From: Ostrea edulis
Taxonomy: Eukaryota
Assembly (NCBI RefSeq): GCF_947568905.1
Contig: NC_079173.1
Span: 42,222,001-42,286,000 of the forward strand
Direction of reading: 5' to 3'
Length of the DNA: 64,000 bases
This document shows, one piece after another, positions 1 to 14,200 of the stretch (the stretch's first letter is position 1; each line of letters begins with the position of its first letter). The translations under genes and the position numbers were made by a program. A model generated the notes under the pieces. It was given only the letters and a program-made list of their open reading frames with translations, made no database searches and was not told the DNA's origin.

Positions 1-832
1 TATTTAATGTTATATAATTTATTTTATGATTTTAAATCAGATCTTAAATAAACCTCAAAAAAAAAAAATGTTATTTGAATTTTATGCATCTTTACCATTT
101 TAATTTACTATGAATGATTTTTCCCAATTTGAGGAAAATGTCACTAATTTTTCCTAATTCAAAAGGAGGGGTGATAGTTTGAAAAACAAAAAAAAATCAC
201 TGGTGACAAGAAAAATACTACTGGTTTAGACCTGCTGTGTGTCTTCTACCACAGCTGTTTACTCGAGTCTGCACACTACATCTTTTACATCATGGAATCC
301 CAGAATACAAATTAATATATATGGACAGGAAATACAGAAAACTGAAGATTTAAGATGAAATCAGTGACTCTGTAAAAATAAAAAAGAATATATATTGAAA
401 ATGCGTAATTTTAAAAATTATATGTGTATATGTAAAATAACTTATGTGCATTATTTTTCAAATAATTTGTTTGTAGTATGCCCCTAACTGTTCACCATTT
501 CATGTTACAAGAGACATGGTAGAGGCATTTGTTACTGTGTCTCTGTTAAGGTTTGAACCTGGGACTTCTAGCATACCAGGTTCAGTGTTCTTGAAATGTT
601 TTATTTTTATTTGTCAGACATTTGAACTGATAACACTTATAAAATAGAGGATAATTCTCCTCTCTTTTGTTATTTTTAGCCGTTTATACCGATATAACAG
701 CAATAAATGAGTTTTACAGACAACCTTTAATTCTATAAATGAATGCAATTTGAGTCAGCCTCCAAAAATCATCTTTTTTTCATAGACTAATTCATAGAAT
801 TTGTATGTAAGCATTGTTGTTGACTTTTGCAG

Positions 833-920
833 GGAAAGCTGTTTGTTTTTGACAAAGTTCTGAAGCCCAATGTAACTCAGGAGCAGGTGTATGAAAATGC
901 GGCAAGACCTATCGTAGCAG
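833..920 (+). CDS. Khc: Khc coding exon (motor N-term)
   Basis: ttttgcag|[29 protein letters not shown](D)|gtttgt; 88 nt. Confidence 0.95.
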
Positions 921-3900
921 GTTTGTATTATATAGTTGTATTGTTACAAACTAATCTGTGATGCAGATCAGTATTGTTACAAACTCCTCTGTGATGCGGA
1001 TCAGTATGATAGCTGTGTGATTGCTAGACTGCATCAATGTAAAGTCATAATGTACATCAATATTCACTCTTCTTCCAGATGTACTGGGCGGATACAATGG
1101 AACCATTTTTGCGTACGGACAAACATCTTCTGGAAAAACCCATACTATGGAGGTCAGAATCTTTTGAAAAGCAAACTCTTTCATATTTATTTTAAGATGA
1201 TTGATTGACATAAACACAATTACTAGGGCTGAAATGATTCACTGAAATATCAATACTGTTCAATGTAAATGCTCAAATTTAATGTTCGATTCAAAAGGCA
1301 TCTCGCTGTACGACAGTTTGGAAACAGTTTACTTTTGAAATTGTGACTGTGAATCTTAGCAATTAAATTTTTCTTCAAAGTTATTATTGGTTTCTTCTGT
1401 AAAATTATCGTATTAAAAATGTTTAATCATGGCATAAGTATTGCATTATGTAGCGAATTGTGAGGGGGGTGTATCGTTTCAGCGTAACAATTACAATAAT
1501 TAGTAAAGGTCTTTAGTATACATAGTATATACTTATAATTTGTGTAGTTTTGGGTAGGTGACGTTATTTTGTTGATATAGATACATGTTTATGATAATTA
1601 ACGCGAGTATGTACTTATAATTCTGTGTGTTAGTGTCTCTGAGTACTAGGAGTTTTGGGTAGGTGACGTTATTTTGTTGATATAGATACATTTACATGTA
1701 TATATATGATAATTTAACGCGAGTATGTACTTATAATTCTGTGTATTAGTGTCTCTGAGTACTAGGAGTTTTGGGTAGGTGACGTTATTTTGTGATATAG
1801 ATGTGATAATTTAACCTGAGTATGTACTTATAATTCTGTGTGTTAGTGTCTCTGTGTAGGAGTTTAGGGTAGGTGACATTATTTTGTTGATATAGATGTG
1901 GTAATTTAACTTATGATTCTGTGTGTTAGTGTTTCTGAGTAGGAGTTTTGGGTAGGTGATTATATTGATTGATCTCCATATGACCTTGACCTCAAGGTCA
2001 AAATTAAAGGTTTTTACAATGGATTCGTGTCAGGGCCATGACTTCTTTGTTCTTTGACATAGGCATACCATATTTGACACATGAGTGTATCACAATGAGA
2101 CGATGTGTCGGATACTTTCATTACCTCTATATGACCTTGAACTTTGACCTCAAGGTCAAAATTGATTATAGGGTTTTGACATAGTCATACCATAAGCCAT
2201 GGGTGTATCACCATGAGACTATGTGTCATGTACATTCATGACCTCTTTATGACCTTGACCTTTGATCTCAAGGTCAAAATTATAGGTTTATACCATGGAT
2301 TTGTGCTCGGACTATATCTTCCATTTTCTTCTACAAATGCATACCATAATTTTACACTCAGGAAAGAGGTAATTTATACCTATTAACAACACCCTTTGGG
2401 AGATTGTGGTAAGCGGGGGGTATTCTTAGTGAGCATTGCTCACAGTACCTCTTGTTCCATTTGATACATGTATGAGGATTATTGTTACATGTTGTTCAGT
2501 GAAAAAGTTTGTGTACATTTAAATGCAAATTAGTGTTCATCAGTAATTGTATGAAGCTGTGCTCATTTAATTCACTTAGCACCGAATTGATTTATATTTA
2601 GATGAGTAAGATGAGGGAGAATGTTTTAAATTAGGTGTACTATGATTACATAATTGCTGTACATGTACAATTAAACCTTATTCATAGCTGCAGGAGAATG
2701 CAGATGAGTTTGACTCTGAAAAAAAAAACGTTCCTGAATTTTAAGATCTGCTGACTGCCTTCAAGATTCAAGTGTAGACAAAGATTTGAGTGTAGACAAA
2801 GATTCAAGTGTTGTCAAAGATTCAAGTGTTGTCAAAGATTCAAGTGTCAAAAAAGATTAGACAAAGATTCAAGTGTTGTCAAAGATTTAATTGTGTTTCC
2901 AATTTTTGTACAGGGTGTTCTCGGGGACACTAAAATGCATGGCATCATTCCTCGCATTGTACAGGACATCTTTAACTACATCTACGGCATGGAGGAAAAC
3001 CTAGAATTTCACATCAAGGTATGTAGATCTAAATGTGACATGTCACTGAGGAAAACCTAGAATTTCACATCAAGGTACATAGATCTAAATATGACATGTC
3101 ACTTAGGAAAACCTAGAATTTCACATCAAGGTACGTAGATCTAAGTATGACATGTCACCGAGGAAAACCTAGAATTTCACATCAAGGTACGCGTAAATCT
3201 AAATATGACATGTTACTGAGAAAAACCTAGAATTTCACATCAAGGTATGTAGATCTAAATATGACATGTTACCGAGAAAAACCTAGAATTTCACATCAAG
3301 GTATGTAGATCTAAATATGACATGTTACTGAGAAAAACCTAGATTTTCACATCAAGGTACTTAGATCTAAGTATGACATGTTACTGAGAAAAACCTAAAT
3401 TTTCACATCAAGGTTCGCGTAGATCTAAGTATGACATGTTACTGAGAAAAACCTAGAATTTCACATCAAGGTACGCGTAGATCTAAGTATGACATGTTAC
3501 TGAGAAAAACCTAGAATTTCACATCAAGGTATGTAGATCTAAATATGACATGTTACTGAGAAAAACCTACAATTTCACATCAAGGTATGTAGATCTGAAT
3601 ATGACAAGTTACTGAGAAAAACGTAGAATTTCCCACAAAAAGTTATTTTATTTTGTAATTCAGAATTTTGTGGCAAATCTGGAGAGGGGTCATTTTAGCC
3701 ATATCGAGGCCTCCACTTCTCACCTCCCACCCCCTTTCTTCTGTGTAAAAGGTATAAACGTGGGTCACAACTACCCACACCCCTGCCCCCTTAAAAATTT
3801 TGTTTGTTCTGCCACTGCTTTGGTTGATTGATGAATTTAATTTTGCATATAATATATACATTTAACTCAGTCAAAATGTTTTTTCACTCTGCTTTTATGC

Positions 3901-5189
3901 CAGAATGATAATTTCTTTCGTGATTTAATCCACACGTCTATGATTTTTTATGTATAATAATATATATGTCCCGGGACGTGCGTTTTCAAGTTCTTAGTTT
4001 TAAATGGTTTATTTCTGTTTCAGGTTTCTTATTTTGAGATCTACATGGACAAAATTCGAGATCTCCTCGATAGTAAGTTGTAATTTATTCGAGATCTCCT
4101 TGATAGTAAATTGTAATTCTTAATCTACTGTTAACATGATAAATATGCCAGGACCAAAATAAGGTCATGAAATTACCATGAGTTTTTTTTAGGTCACCTG
4201 AATTCATTCAGGTGACCTATTGCTATCTGTTTTTGTCCGTCGACGTGCGTTGTGCGTTAACATTTGAACATTTTCAGCTTCTTCTCTGAAACCCCTGAAC
4301 CAATTTCAACCAATTTTGGCATATAGCATCTGTGGGTGGAGGGGAACAAAAATTGTGAAATTCGTGGTCCCTGCCCCCCTGGGGCCTGAGGGGTGGGGCA
4401 AAAACCATCAAAATGAGTGTAATTTTAAAAAATCTTCTTCATTACTCCTGGACATCAAGAAGTCAAACTGTGGGCATAATTATAATGAACGTTGAGCCCT
4501 CTACCAAAATTGTGAAATTCATGGCCCCTGGGGCAGGGGTTCTTGTGTTAGGGTGGGGCTCTATTGGTCATATAGTGAAAATGTAGAAATTCTTTGAAAA
4601 TCTTCTTCTCTGTCTCTGGGTATTAAGTAGACAAATTAATAGCATGGTAATGATGAGCAAGGATGCCTCTTTATAACCCCCACAACAAGTTGTGGAGGGT
4701 ATACTGGAATCGGGCTGTCCGTCCGTCCGTCTGTAGACGCAATGGTTTCCGGGCTCTAAAGCATTATCCTTTCCACCTACCATCACCATATCATATATAT
4801 GGACTACCCATGGGATGAAGATGTTCCCTATCGATTTTGGGGTCAAAAGGTCAAAGGTCAAGCACACTGGACATTGAAGTAGCAATATGGTTTCCAGGCT
4901 CTTAAGCGTTATCCTTTCCACCTACAGTCACCATATCATACATATGGACTACCCATGGGATGAAGATGTTCCCTATCGATTTTGGGGTCAAAAGGTCAAA
5001 CGTCATGCGCACTGGACATCGAAGTAGCAACACTCAGAAAAGAGGTAGTTTATACCTATTACCAACACCCTTTGGGAGATTGGGTTAAGCAGGGGGTATT
5101 CTTAGTGAGCATTGCTCACAGTACCTCTTGTTAAAAATTGTGAAATTCATGGCCCCTGGATCAGGGGTTCTGGTGCTAGGGTGGGGCTC

Positions 5190-5239
<50 letters not shown>

Positions 5240-8200
5240 GTCCTTGGGTATTAAGTAGACAAACCAATAGCATGGTTATGATGAGCAAGGATGCCTCTTT
5301 CAAAATTGTGAAATTCATGGCCCCTGGGTCAGGGGTTCTGGTATTAGGGTGGGGCCCTATTGATCATATAGTGAAAATGCATTTTATTTCTTTGAAAATC
5401 TTCTCCTCTGCTGCTGGGTATTAAGTAGACAAACTAATAGTATGATAATGATGATCAAGGATGCTTCTTTCAAAACTGAAATTTATGGCCCCTGGGTGAG
5501 GGGTTCTGGTGCAAAGGCTGGGCTGACCACATAGCTATTCAATGTTTCTTCCATCCAAAAGTAAGATTTTTATATTTAAACACAAACCTAATTCAAACAT
5601 TGGAAGGTTGTTACATGATACTCAGGTGACCTATAAGGCCCCTGGGCCTCTTGTTTAATGTATTATGTATTTAACCTGATAGGAGGCTGAAGGCAACGGT
5701 TTTTATGCTGTAGGCCATCTTTAAAAAATTAATTGTTTGCCCTCTCAAGAACCAGCTTTTAAGATTTGGGTGGGTAGGGATTTTTTTTATCATATCAGCT
5801 ATGCTAAATGTTGGGGAAAAAAGAAGAAAAAATTCAATTCAATGCAAGGCAAATTGACATTTATAATGTTTAAAGTTCAGGGTTGCTAGGTTAGTGTTTG
5901 GGAGTATCCCCTCTGACTTCACAAGGCAGCACGACTGGAAAACTGATTGAAATTTCTCAAGCAGAACTGGGTGAGATTTCTCAAGCAGAACTGGTTGAAA
6001 TTTCTCAAGCGGAACTGGGTGAAATTTCTCAAGCAGAACTGGGTGAGATTTCTCAAGCAGAACTGGAGGAAATTTCTTAAGCAGAACTGGGTGAGATTTC
6101 TCTAGCAGAACTGGGGGAAATTTCTCAAGCAGAACTGGGGGAAATTTCTCAAGCGGAACTGGGGGAAAATTCTCAAGCAGGGCTAGAAATATTTTTATTC
6201 ACTGCTCAGTTGGGCTATCAACTTGAATTTTTACTGGTCAAATGATAATTTTACTGTCTTGTCGGACAAGTGGATAGAGATGTCAACGGGTGAAATATCC
6301 AATTGGATCGCAACTCAACCCTATGAGTTTCACACGATTTGGAGATGATTAAAGTCACTTGATCTGTTGCATACATATCAAAATTATCTAATTCTTTCTC
6401 ATCTACACATTTTCTGAAAGCAAACTTCCATTTATATTCAGCACTATAATCTCAGACACTTAAAATTTTAAGGTGGGCAGTTTAGAATCAGCCGGTCAGG
6501 AGAGGGCAAATAAGGAATTTTGTTTGACGATGGCCCTCTGTAGAAAATTCAATGCCTGATCTGTTAACATTGTAAGATTCTTTATACAGTACCCGCAACG
6601 TTATTCTTGACATGATAAACGATAGAACATGATACACGCACGATAGGATAGGATACACGCACGATACGATAGGATACACGCACGATACGATATGATACAC
6701 GATAAACCTGATAAACGCAAAACCTGATAAACGATCTTCACGATAGACCTGATAAACGCAAAACACGATAAACGATCTTCACGATAAACAGAAAACCTGA
6801 TAGAAATGTTATAAATTTAGAAACGATTTAGACAGAACGAAATTTTGATACCTACAACATAATTACATTATGTTGATAATAATATTGAAGGATTTCAATG
6901 TTCATTATATACCTACATTACGGACAACGCGGATTTCTTGTTTTCGGTAATCTATAGGTAACTCAGGAAACCTGCGTTCTCATCGCGGGATGACTATCAG
7001 TTACCTGTCCCCGTCGCGGTAACATTTGTTTAAAACATTGATCGGTTTTATACCATATAATTTCTTTAATCCACGGTCGTACATTTTTCTTTTTGTTTTT
7101 AATTTTATTTATGTTTTTTATGCCACCACAGCTAAAATAAAAAAACTAAAATATATACGGCATTGAATTCATTATTTGATATCTATATGAATTTTCTCAG
7201 CCAATTCTAAAACTTGTATTGTCACCTAATGTTTAATATATAAATTATATAGGGAATTAACTATATGTAATATAATGTAGTGATATCATGCTTCAGTAGC
7301 TCTCTTATGCTAATGTATATTACCTAGATTATGAAACAAAACCAAGTAATATTGTGTGTGTAGCGAGGAGGGGGTTATTTTGCATCAAGCTCTAAGTTCA
7401 CGGCTCATTCAACATCTCAAGTTATTTTCATAACGACCGCTTTAAAAAAATCAACCGCACTACACCTGTTAGATATTTGTACACTATGAATGATAATTGA
7501 TAGTCATAAGTAACTGGAACATATTTATTTGAATTGATATTTTGTTAACAAAACATAAATAAACTGTTTAAAAGAACATAAACAAAACCCGGCTTGTTTT
7601 AAATTCGCAATTTGAAACTCTTAGTGTGTAAAAAAAAATTCAAATAATCATCAAAACCAGCATAAATTTCCAGTATCTACACGTACGACTATTGGTACAT
7701 GTGTACATGTACAAGTAAAAAAAAACACAACAACGATGACAGCGGAATCGTGCCCAGTTGAGCAGAATTTTGGGGGATGCAACACCCTTGCACCCTTTTA
7801 AAACTTAATCTTCTAAATGTGTGAAATACAATGTCCCTGAGAATGTTAGCTGTCAAAACACGGGTGATACACAAAATCAGATATAAGGACGCGCACAAGT
7901 TCAGCAGTTGCTATATAAGTAGCATACAGGTGAAAAAAATCGGAAGAAAAAGAACCATTATTAAAATATACATGTATGTGATAAACAATGTAATTTACTG
8001 ATTTTTCTTTTCAAATCGGAACTCCCTATTTTTCTGTTAGTGTTCATTACAAATAATTGTTTCTAGACAAACAAATGTTTATGAACTTCAAATGAAGGAT
8101 CGAGCTTTCAAATTTACTGTCCTCGGTTTGCTCGACAGACCACTGCCTACTTTCCAGACTACTTAGAATTAAATTGTGATAAATTTTCACTCTCTCTGGA

Positions 8201-11200
8201 CAGACAAATAGCTCTTCTTCTGCCTTAAAATCGACAACTTTATGTTCTCCTTCAAATATACCGTCTTTCCTCGATTCCTAAAAATAGCTTCTTTAACAAA
8301 ACGAATAAAGGTTTCGGAAAGTATCGTACTTTTTCCTTAGATTTTATATACGATCCCGATAGTTTCCGAAGCTACACAATAAACGATTTTCACGATAAAC
8401 GGGAAACCTGATACACGCAAAACACGATAGAAAACGGAAAACCTGATACACGATAGGATAGGATACATGCACGATACGATAGGATACACGCACGATACGA
8501 TAGGATACACGCACGATAGAGCACGATAGGAATGTCAAGAATAACGTTACGGGTACTGTACATGCTACACTGTGTTGATTGACATGCACCCTGATGCTTC
8601 ATGTCTTAGGCATTATGAGATTGAAAACTTGTTTCTTGTTAACAGTTTCTAAGGTGAATTTGTCTGTACACGAAGACAAGAACAGAGTGCCCTATGTCAA
8701 GGTAATGTTGTCCATCTGTCTGTCTGTATGTGTGTCCATCTGTCTGTCTGTATGTGTGTACATCTGTCTGTCTGTATGTGTGTCCATCTGTCTGTCTGTA
8801 TGTGTGTACATCTGTCTGTCTGTATGTGTGTCCATCTGTCTGTCTGTATGTGTGTACATCTGTCTGTCTGTATGTGTGTACATCTGTCTGTCTGTCTATG
8901 TCTGTCTGTCTTTCTTTATGTATACCTGTCTGTCTAAGAATGCCTGTCTGAATTTTTGTATAGTTCATTAAACTGAAATTCTATGTTAGTGACCTGGATT
9001 TAGTTTTGTTTGACATACAGACTTTTAGTGTATGTGTAAATCTATATGGGAATGAGGTCACATGAAATGTAGAAATTTTACCAGACAAAGAACTGATTTA
9101 CTAGATTATGACAGCTTGTAAAACTTCAAATAAAATGCATACAAACATGAAAGTCCTACTTTCACTTTAAATTGATCAATAAGACTTAAATTATAATTAG
9201 CATATTTGATCGCTGATGGAGAATCTTTTGAAATAATTATGTAATAGTTTTATCTAGTTTTGAAGATCTATACTCTTGACAACGCGTTATAGTAGAACCT
9301 GTTTGTTTACCGAATTTTAGAGAAATGTCCTTGATGTCATTTTATCCAACTTAAATGTATAGAGTTTTAGATGGCTTATTTTAATTTCACAGGGGGCCAC
9401 TGAAAGGTTTGTGTCCAGCCCTGAAGAAGTAATGGAAGCGATCGATGAAGGAAAAAGCAATCGCCATGTGGCTGTTACTAGTAAGTTATTGTGTGACCAA
9501 TAAATGTATATCATTAGTCATCAGGAAGTCAACATCAGCAGTTGACATTAAATTAGCGAGTTGACATTAATAAGTTGACATCAGTGAGTTGACATCAGTG
9601 AGTTGACATTAATAAGTTGACATCAGTAAGTTGACATCAGTGAGTTGACATCAGTGTGCTGACATCAGTAAGTTGACATCAGTGTGCTGACATCAGTAAG
9701 TTGACAACAGTAAGTGGACATCAGTAACTTGACATAAGTGAGTTGACATCTGTAACTTGACAACATCATTGAGTGTTGTTTCCCTATTGATTGTCCTGGA
9801 ATTCAGTGCTAGGATCTTCCTGTGATGTCGATTGAAGCTTTCAGAAAACTGGGCCGCCTCTTGGATAAATTTTGGCCACAGTAGGCGTATCAAATGTATT
9901 GTCAAATCGTGTACCATTAAATTTACACACCGTGACCAGACTTTGTTGTCAAATCGTGAACCATTAAATTTACGAGCCATGACCAGACTCTGTTGTCAAA
10001 TCGTGAACCATTAAATTTATGAGTCGTGACCAGACTCTGTTGTCAAATTGTGAACCATTAAATTTACGAACCGTGACCAGACTCTGTTGTCAAATCGTGA
10101 ACCATTAAATTTACACACTGTGACCAGACTTTGTTGTCAAATTGTGTACCATTAAATTTACGAACCGTGACCAGACTCTTGTCAAATCGTGAACCATTAA
10201 ATTTACGAACCGTGACCAGACTTTGTTGTCAAATCGTGAACCATTAAATTTACACACCGTGACCAGACTCTGTTGTCAAATCGTGAACCATTAAATTTAC
10301 GAACCGTGACCAGACTCTGTTGTCAAATCGTGAACCATTAAATTAACACACCGTGACCAGACTCTATCTAACAATAGTAAATGATTGTCAATCCACAAAT
10401 CAAGGTGTAGATATTTCCTGACAGAAAAAGAAAAGCTTGTTGTCAGCCATATTTGACCAAAGAAAATGAATTAATATTATACAGGGTTCCAAATTACCGC
10501 TCGCCCACTCGCATTGGCGACTAAACTTTGCTTGTGGGCAACCAAAATTTTCGTTCTCGTCGCCCACTTGGCGACCATAATTGTCCGATCAACATTTTTC
10601 TTTCCGACCGATCCGAGTCCTATTATAATTGAAATTCAATTTCCGGTTGAGGTTTTGCCACTTGGCGAGACATGCATGATTCCTGGGGTATCAAACCTTA
10701 CAAAATGTATTTAAACCAGAAATTGAACAACACAAGGGTTACTTCAAACGAAAAGAAAGCGTCTGCTTTTAACCAAAGTGGAAAGAAGGGGAGAATAAGG
10801 CTCGATGACGGCAAAAAGGGGATGACCTGCTGTGTGTACAAAACATGACACGAAAGGTCCAGTCGTTGTGACAGCTTGCCCAAGTTATAAACTTGACAGC
10901 ATCGTAAAGCTGAGAAATTTTGAAATAAACATAGAAAGCCTGAAGAAACGTGTGTTAAAGTCAGACGCCGTGAAGATCATAAAGTTGTTAGGTTGACGAA
11001 ATGAGAGAGGTATTTGAAAGAATTACGGAGAAGGAAAAAGAATTTAAATATTGATATTTTAATTTTTTAAATAAATTGCAATGTGGCCTGATGTTTCTTT
11101 TTTCTTGTAAAAAAAAAAACACAACCCCATGTTATTCAATTTCATGATATGTGTGGGCTACTAAAATTTCATGTGAGCTAACAGAATTTCTTATTCAGAG

Positions 11201-14200
11201 GCCCACTTGGCCCATAAGGTATTCAGTCGAAGTTGGAACCTTGTTATATTATACAGAATGTATGTCCATTTTATGTTTGTGCTTAAATTTGCTGGTGTAT
11301 ATCACAGAGGCATACTGACCGTTACTGACCATTCACTGACCTCTAGAAATGATAGTTTAGAATTAAGGTGTGTGTGTAGTTATTAGAATTAAGGTGTGTG
11401 TGTAGTTATTTGGTGGTTTGTTTAGAATTAAGGTGTGTGTGTAGTTATTTGGTGGTTTGTTTTTAGAATTAAGGTGTGTGTATAGTTATTAGAATTAAGG
11501 TGTGTGTGTAGTTATTTGGTGGTTTGTTTAGAATTAAGGTGTGTGTGTAGTTATTTGGTGGTTTGTTTTTAGAATTAAGGTGTGTGTGTAGTTATTAGAA
11601 TTAAGGTGTGTGTGTAGTTATTAGAATTAAAGTGTGTGTAGTTATTTGGTGGTTTGTTTAGAATTAAGGTGTGTGTATAGTTATTAGAATTAAGGTGTGT
11701 GTGTAGTTATTTGGTGGTTTGTTTAGAATTAAGGTGTGTGTATAGTTATTAGAATTAAGGTGTGTGTGTAATTATTTGGTGGTTTGTTTAGAATTAAGGT
11801 GTGTGTAGTTATTAGAATTAAGGTGTGTGTGTAGTTATTTGGTGGTTTGTTTAGAATTAAGGTGTGTGTATAGTTATTAGAATTAAGGTGTGTGTGTAAT
11901 TATTTGGTGGTTTGTTTACAGATATGAATGAACACAGTTCACGTTCCCACAGTGTGTTTCTGATTAACGTGAAGCAGGAAAATCTGGAGAACCAGAAAAA
12001 ACTGAATGGTAAACTGTACCTTGTGGACTTGGCAGGAAGTGAAAAAGTACGTATGAACAAATTTCACATTCGTCAAAATATGATATGCATAAGATTTGTT
12101 TGATGATATTCTGCAGTTGAATCTTGGTATCTCGAACCTTGATATTTTGAATTTCTCAATGTATTTTAACCTCAATATCTTGACTCCTCAGTTATTTCGA
12201 AGTTTTTTTATGGCCCCATCGAGTTCACGATTAGGAGGTTTGACTGTAATGAAACTGGTTATGGTTGTGCAGTGGTTAGGGTGCCTGTTTTGCAGCCTGG
12301 AAGTCTGGGTTTGATTTTCAATCAAACTTAAAAGTTTTAACATAGGTAGTGAACAATCCTTCAACAGGTCCCCAGCATTAGAAACCGTGGGTATTTTGGG
12401 TATAAGAAACTAAAAGTCCCATGTCTCACAGTAGACATTGGCACTCACTGCCAAAGTCATACACATCATGCATAAGATAAAATTTAATGGTTCCTGGCTT
12501 GATGTTTCATCATTAGGTTTAGTAGATTAAATGAGCGTGTGTGGACTTTCAGAATCTCCATCATGATCACGAGGAAATGTTTTTTGTTTTCGGTGATTGT
12601 GCCATTATGCCATCAATTAAAAACTTGGAAGGATAATCTCTTCCCTCTGTAATCCAATCTGTTTTGATTAGATCTAGTTCTTGTGTTTTGTGTGCAAACA
12701 TGATTTAAAAAAAGGGAAATTCTTATCTCATCTAATAATTAAGCTTGAATATCATCTGGAAAAATGCATTGTCATAATGATGTCTAGATGTGTATCACAA
12801 ACAGTGAAAGTATCTCATATAATGATGCCCATTGGTATATGATACCCATTGGTATTTCATATAATGATACCCATTGGTAAAGTTTAACCATATATTGATG
12901 ACTATTGATATTTCATATGATGCTTATTGGTATTTCATTAAATGATGCCCATTGACATTTCATACAATGATGCCCTTTGGTATTTCATTTAATGATGCTC
13001 ATATGATAACGTGCATTGTTTTAGGACCCTTGAAAACTCAAACTCTTGAATACTCTATGGTTTCCTGGATTTCTGAATGCCTGCAACAATAAGGAGGGGT
13101 AAAGGGGGCAGGGGGATGGGGTGGGGTTGGTTGGTTGGGTTGGGGTTGTTCTTTATTCTTCTAGTGAGTACACCTTTTTATTTTGGACAAGACAGGGTGT
13201 TCACTATTACCTAACAACCTTTTGTAGGTCAGTAAAACTGGAGCAGAAGGTGCTGTATTAGATGAAGCTAAGAACATCAACAAATCACTGTCCGCTCTCG
13301 GAAACGTCATTGCTGCATTGGCTGATGGAAACGTAAGTACAGTTAAACCTGTCTAATCCAACAACCTGTCTAACCCAACATCCCGTCTAACCCGACAACC
13401 CGTCTTACCCGACAACCTGTCTAATCCGACAACTTGTCTAACCCAACACCCTGTTTAATCCGACAACCTTTCTGACTCGTGAAGCTGTCTAATCCGACAA
13501 CAGGTCTAATCTGACAACTTGTGTAAATTTTAGGTATGTTTTTTGCAGGAATCTTAATGCAGCTCCATTTGATGTAGAATATGAATTCTCATTATTTCAC
13601 AATCATTTAATTCTTATTGTATCCTTGTCTCTGATTGGTCAAATTCCAATTGAGGAACTTAAGTTATTTTTGTATAACCTGGTTTGGTATGGGGACATAC
13701 CCCCTTGACAACCAGATGTCGGGACTATTTTTTTTCTCTCTCTCTAAATTTACATCGCAGCACTGTTTTCAGCCTTCTATGGAATAGAAAGTCAACGTGC
13801 ACAATAAGATACTTCGGTTTGATACACATGTTGTTTTCTCGTCAATATTAGCATTTAGGCCTACTTGTACACAAATCACTTTTGTAAAACATCTTTCTCT
13901 GTATGTATGGTCAAATAATACTATTAATAGCAGTCTATGCGAAAGTTTTTTAGACCACACAGGACATTCGGTCCTGTGTAATCAATGAACACACCGGACC
14001 GAACCAAATTTTGTCAGACCGAAAAACCTAATGTAAAAAAGTGAAACACGTGAAAATGCAAAACCAAGGGAATCTTATTTATTATACTAGTAATACTATA
14101 CCAGGGATCCCTCCCGTATAATACTTTAGACAGTCCATGCGGTTTTAATCACATTCATTTACGTATTTGGATTTGTGTGCTATTTTTTTTTACTTATAAC

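Noticed and set aside
4568-5424. ORFs 4568-4921, 5128-5424, 45009-45617 and 47141-47980
   Set aside because: Chance frames within non-autonomous HINE/SINE copies; no Rep/helicase or RT motifs.
8579-8971. Repetitive ORFs here and at 5898, 22097-22807, 24212-25521, 32541, 36225 and 53496-54369
   Set aside because: Translations of minisatellites, often open in several frames and on both strands.
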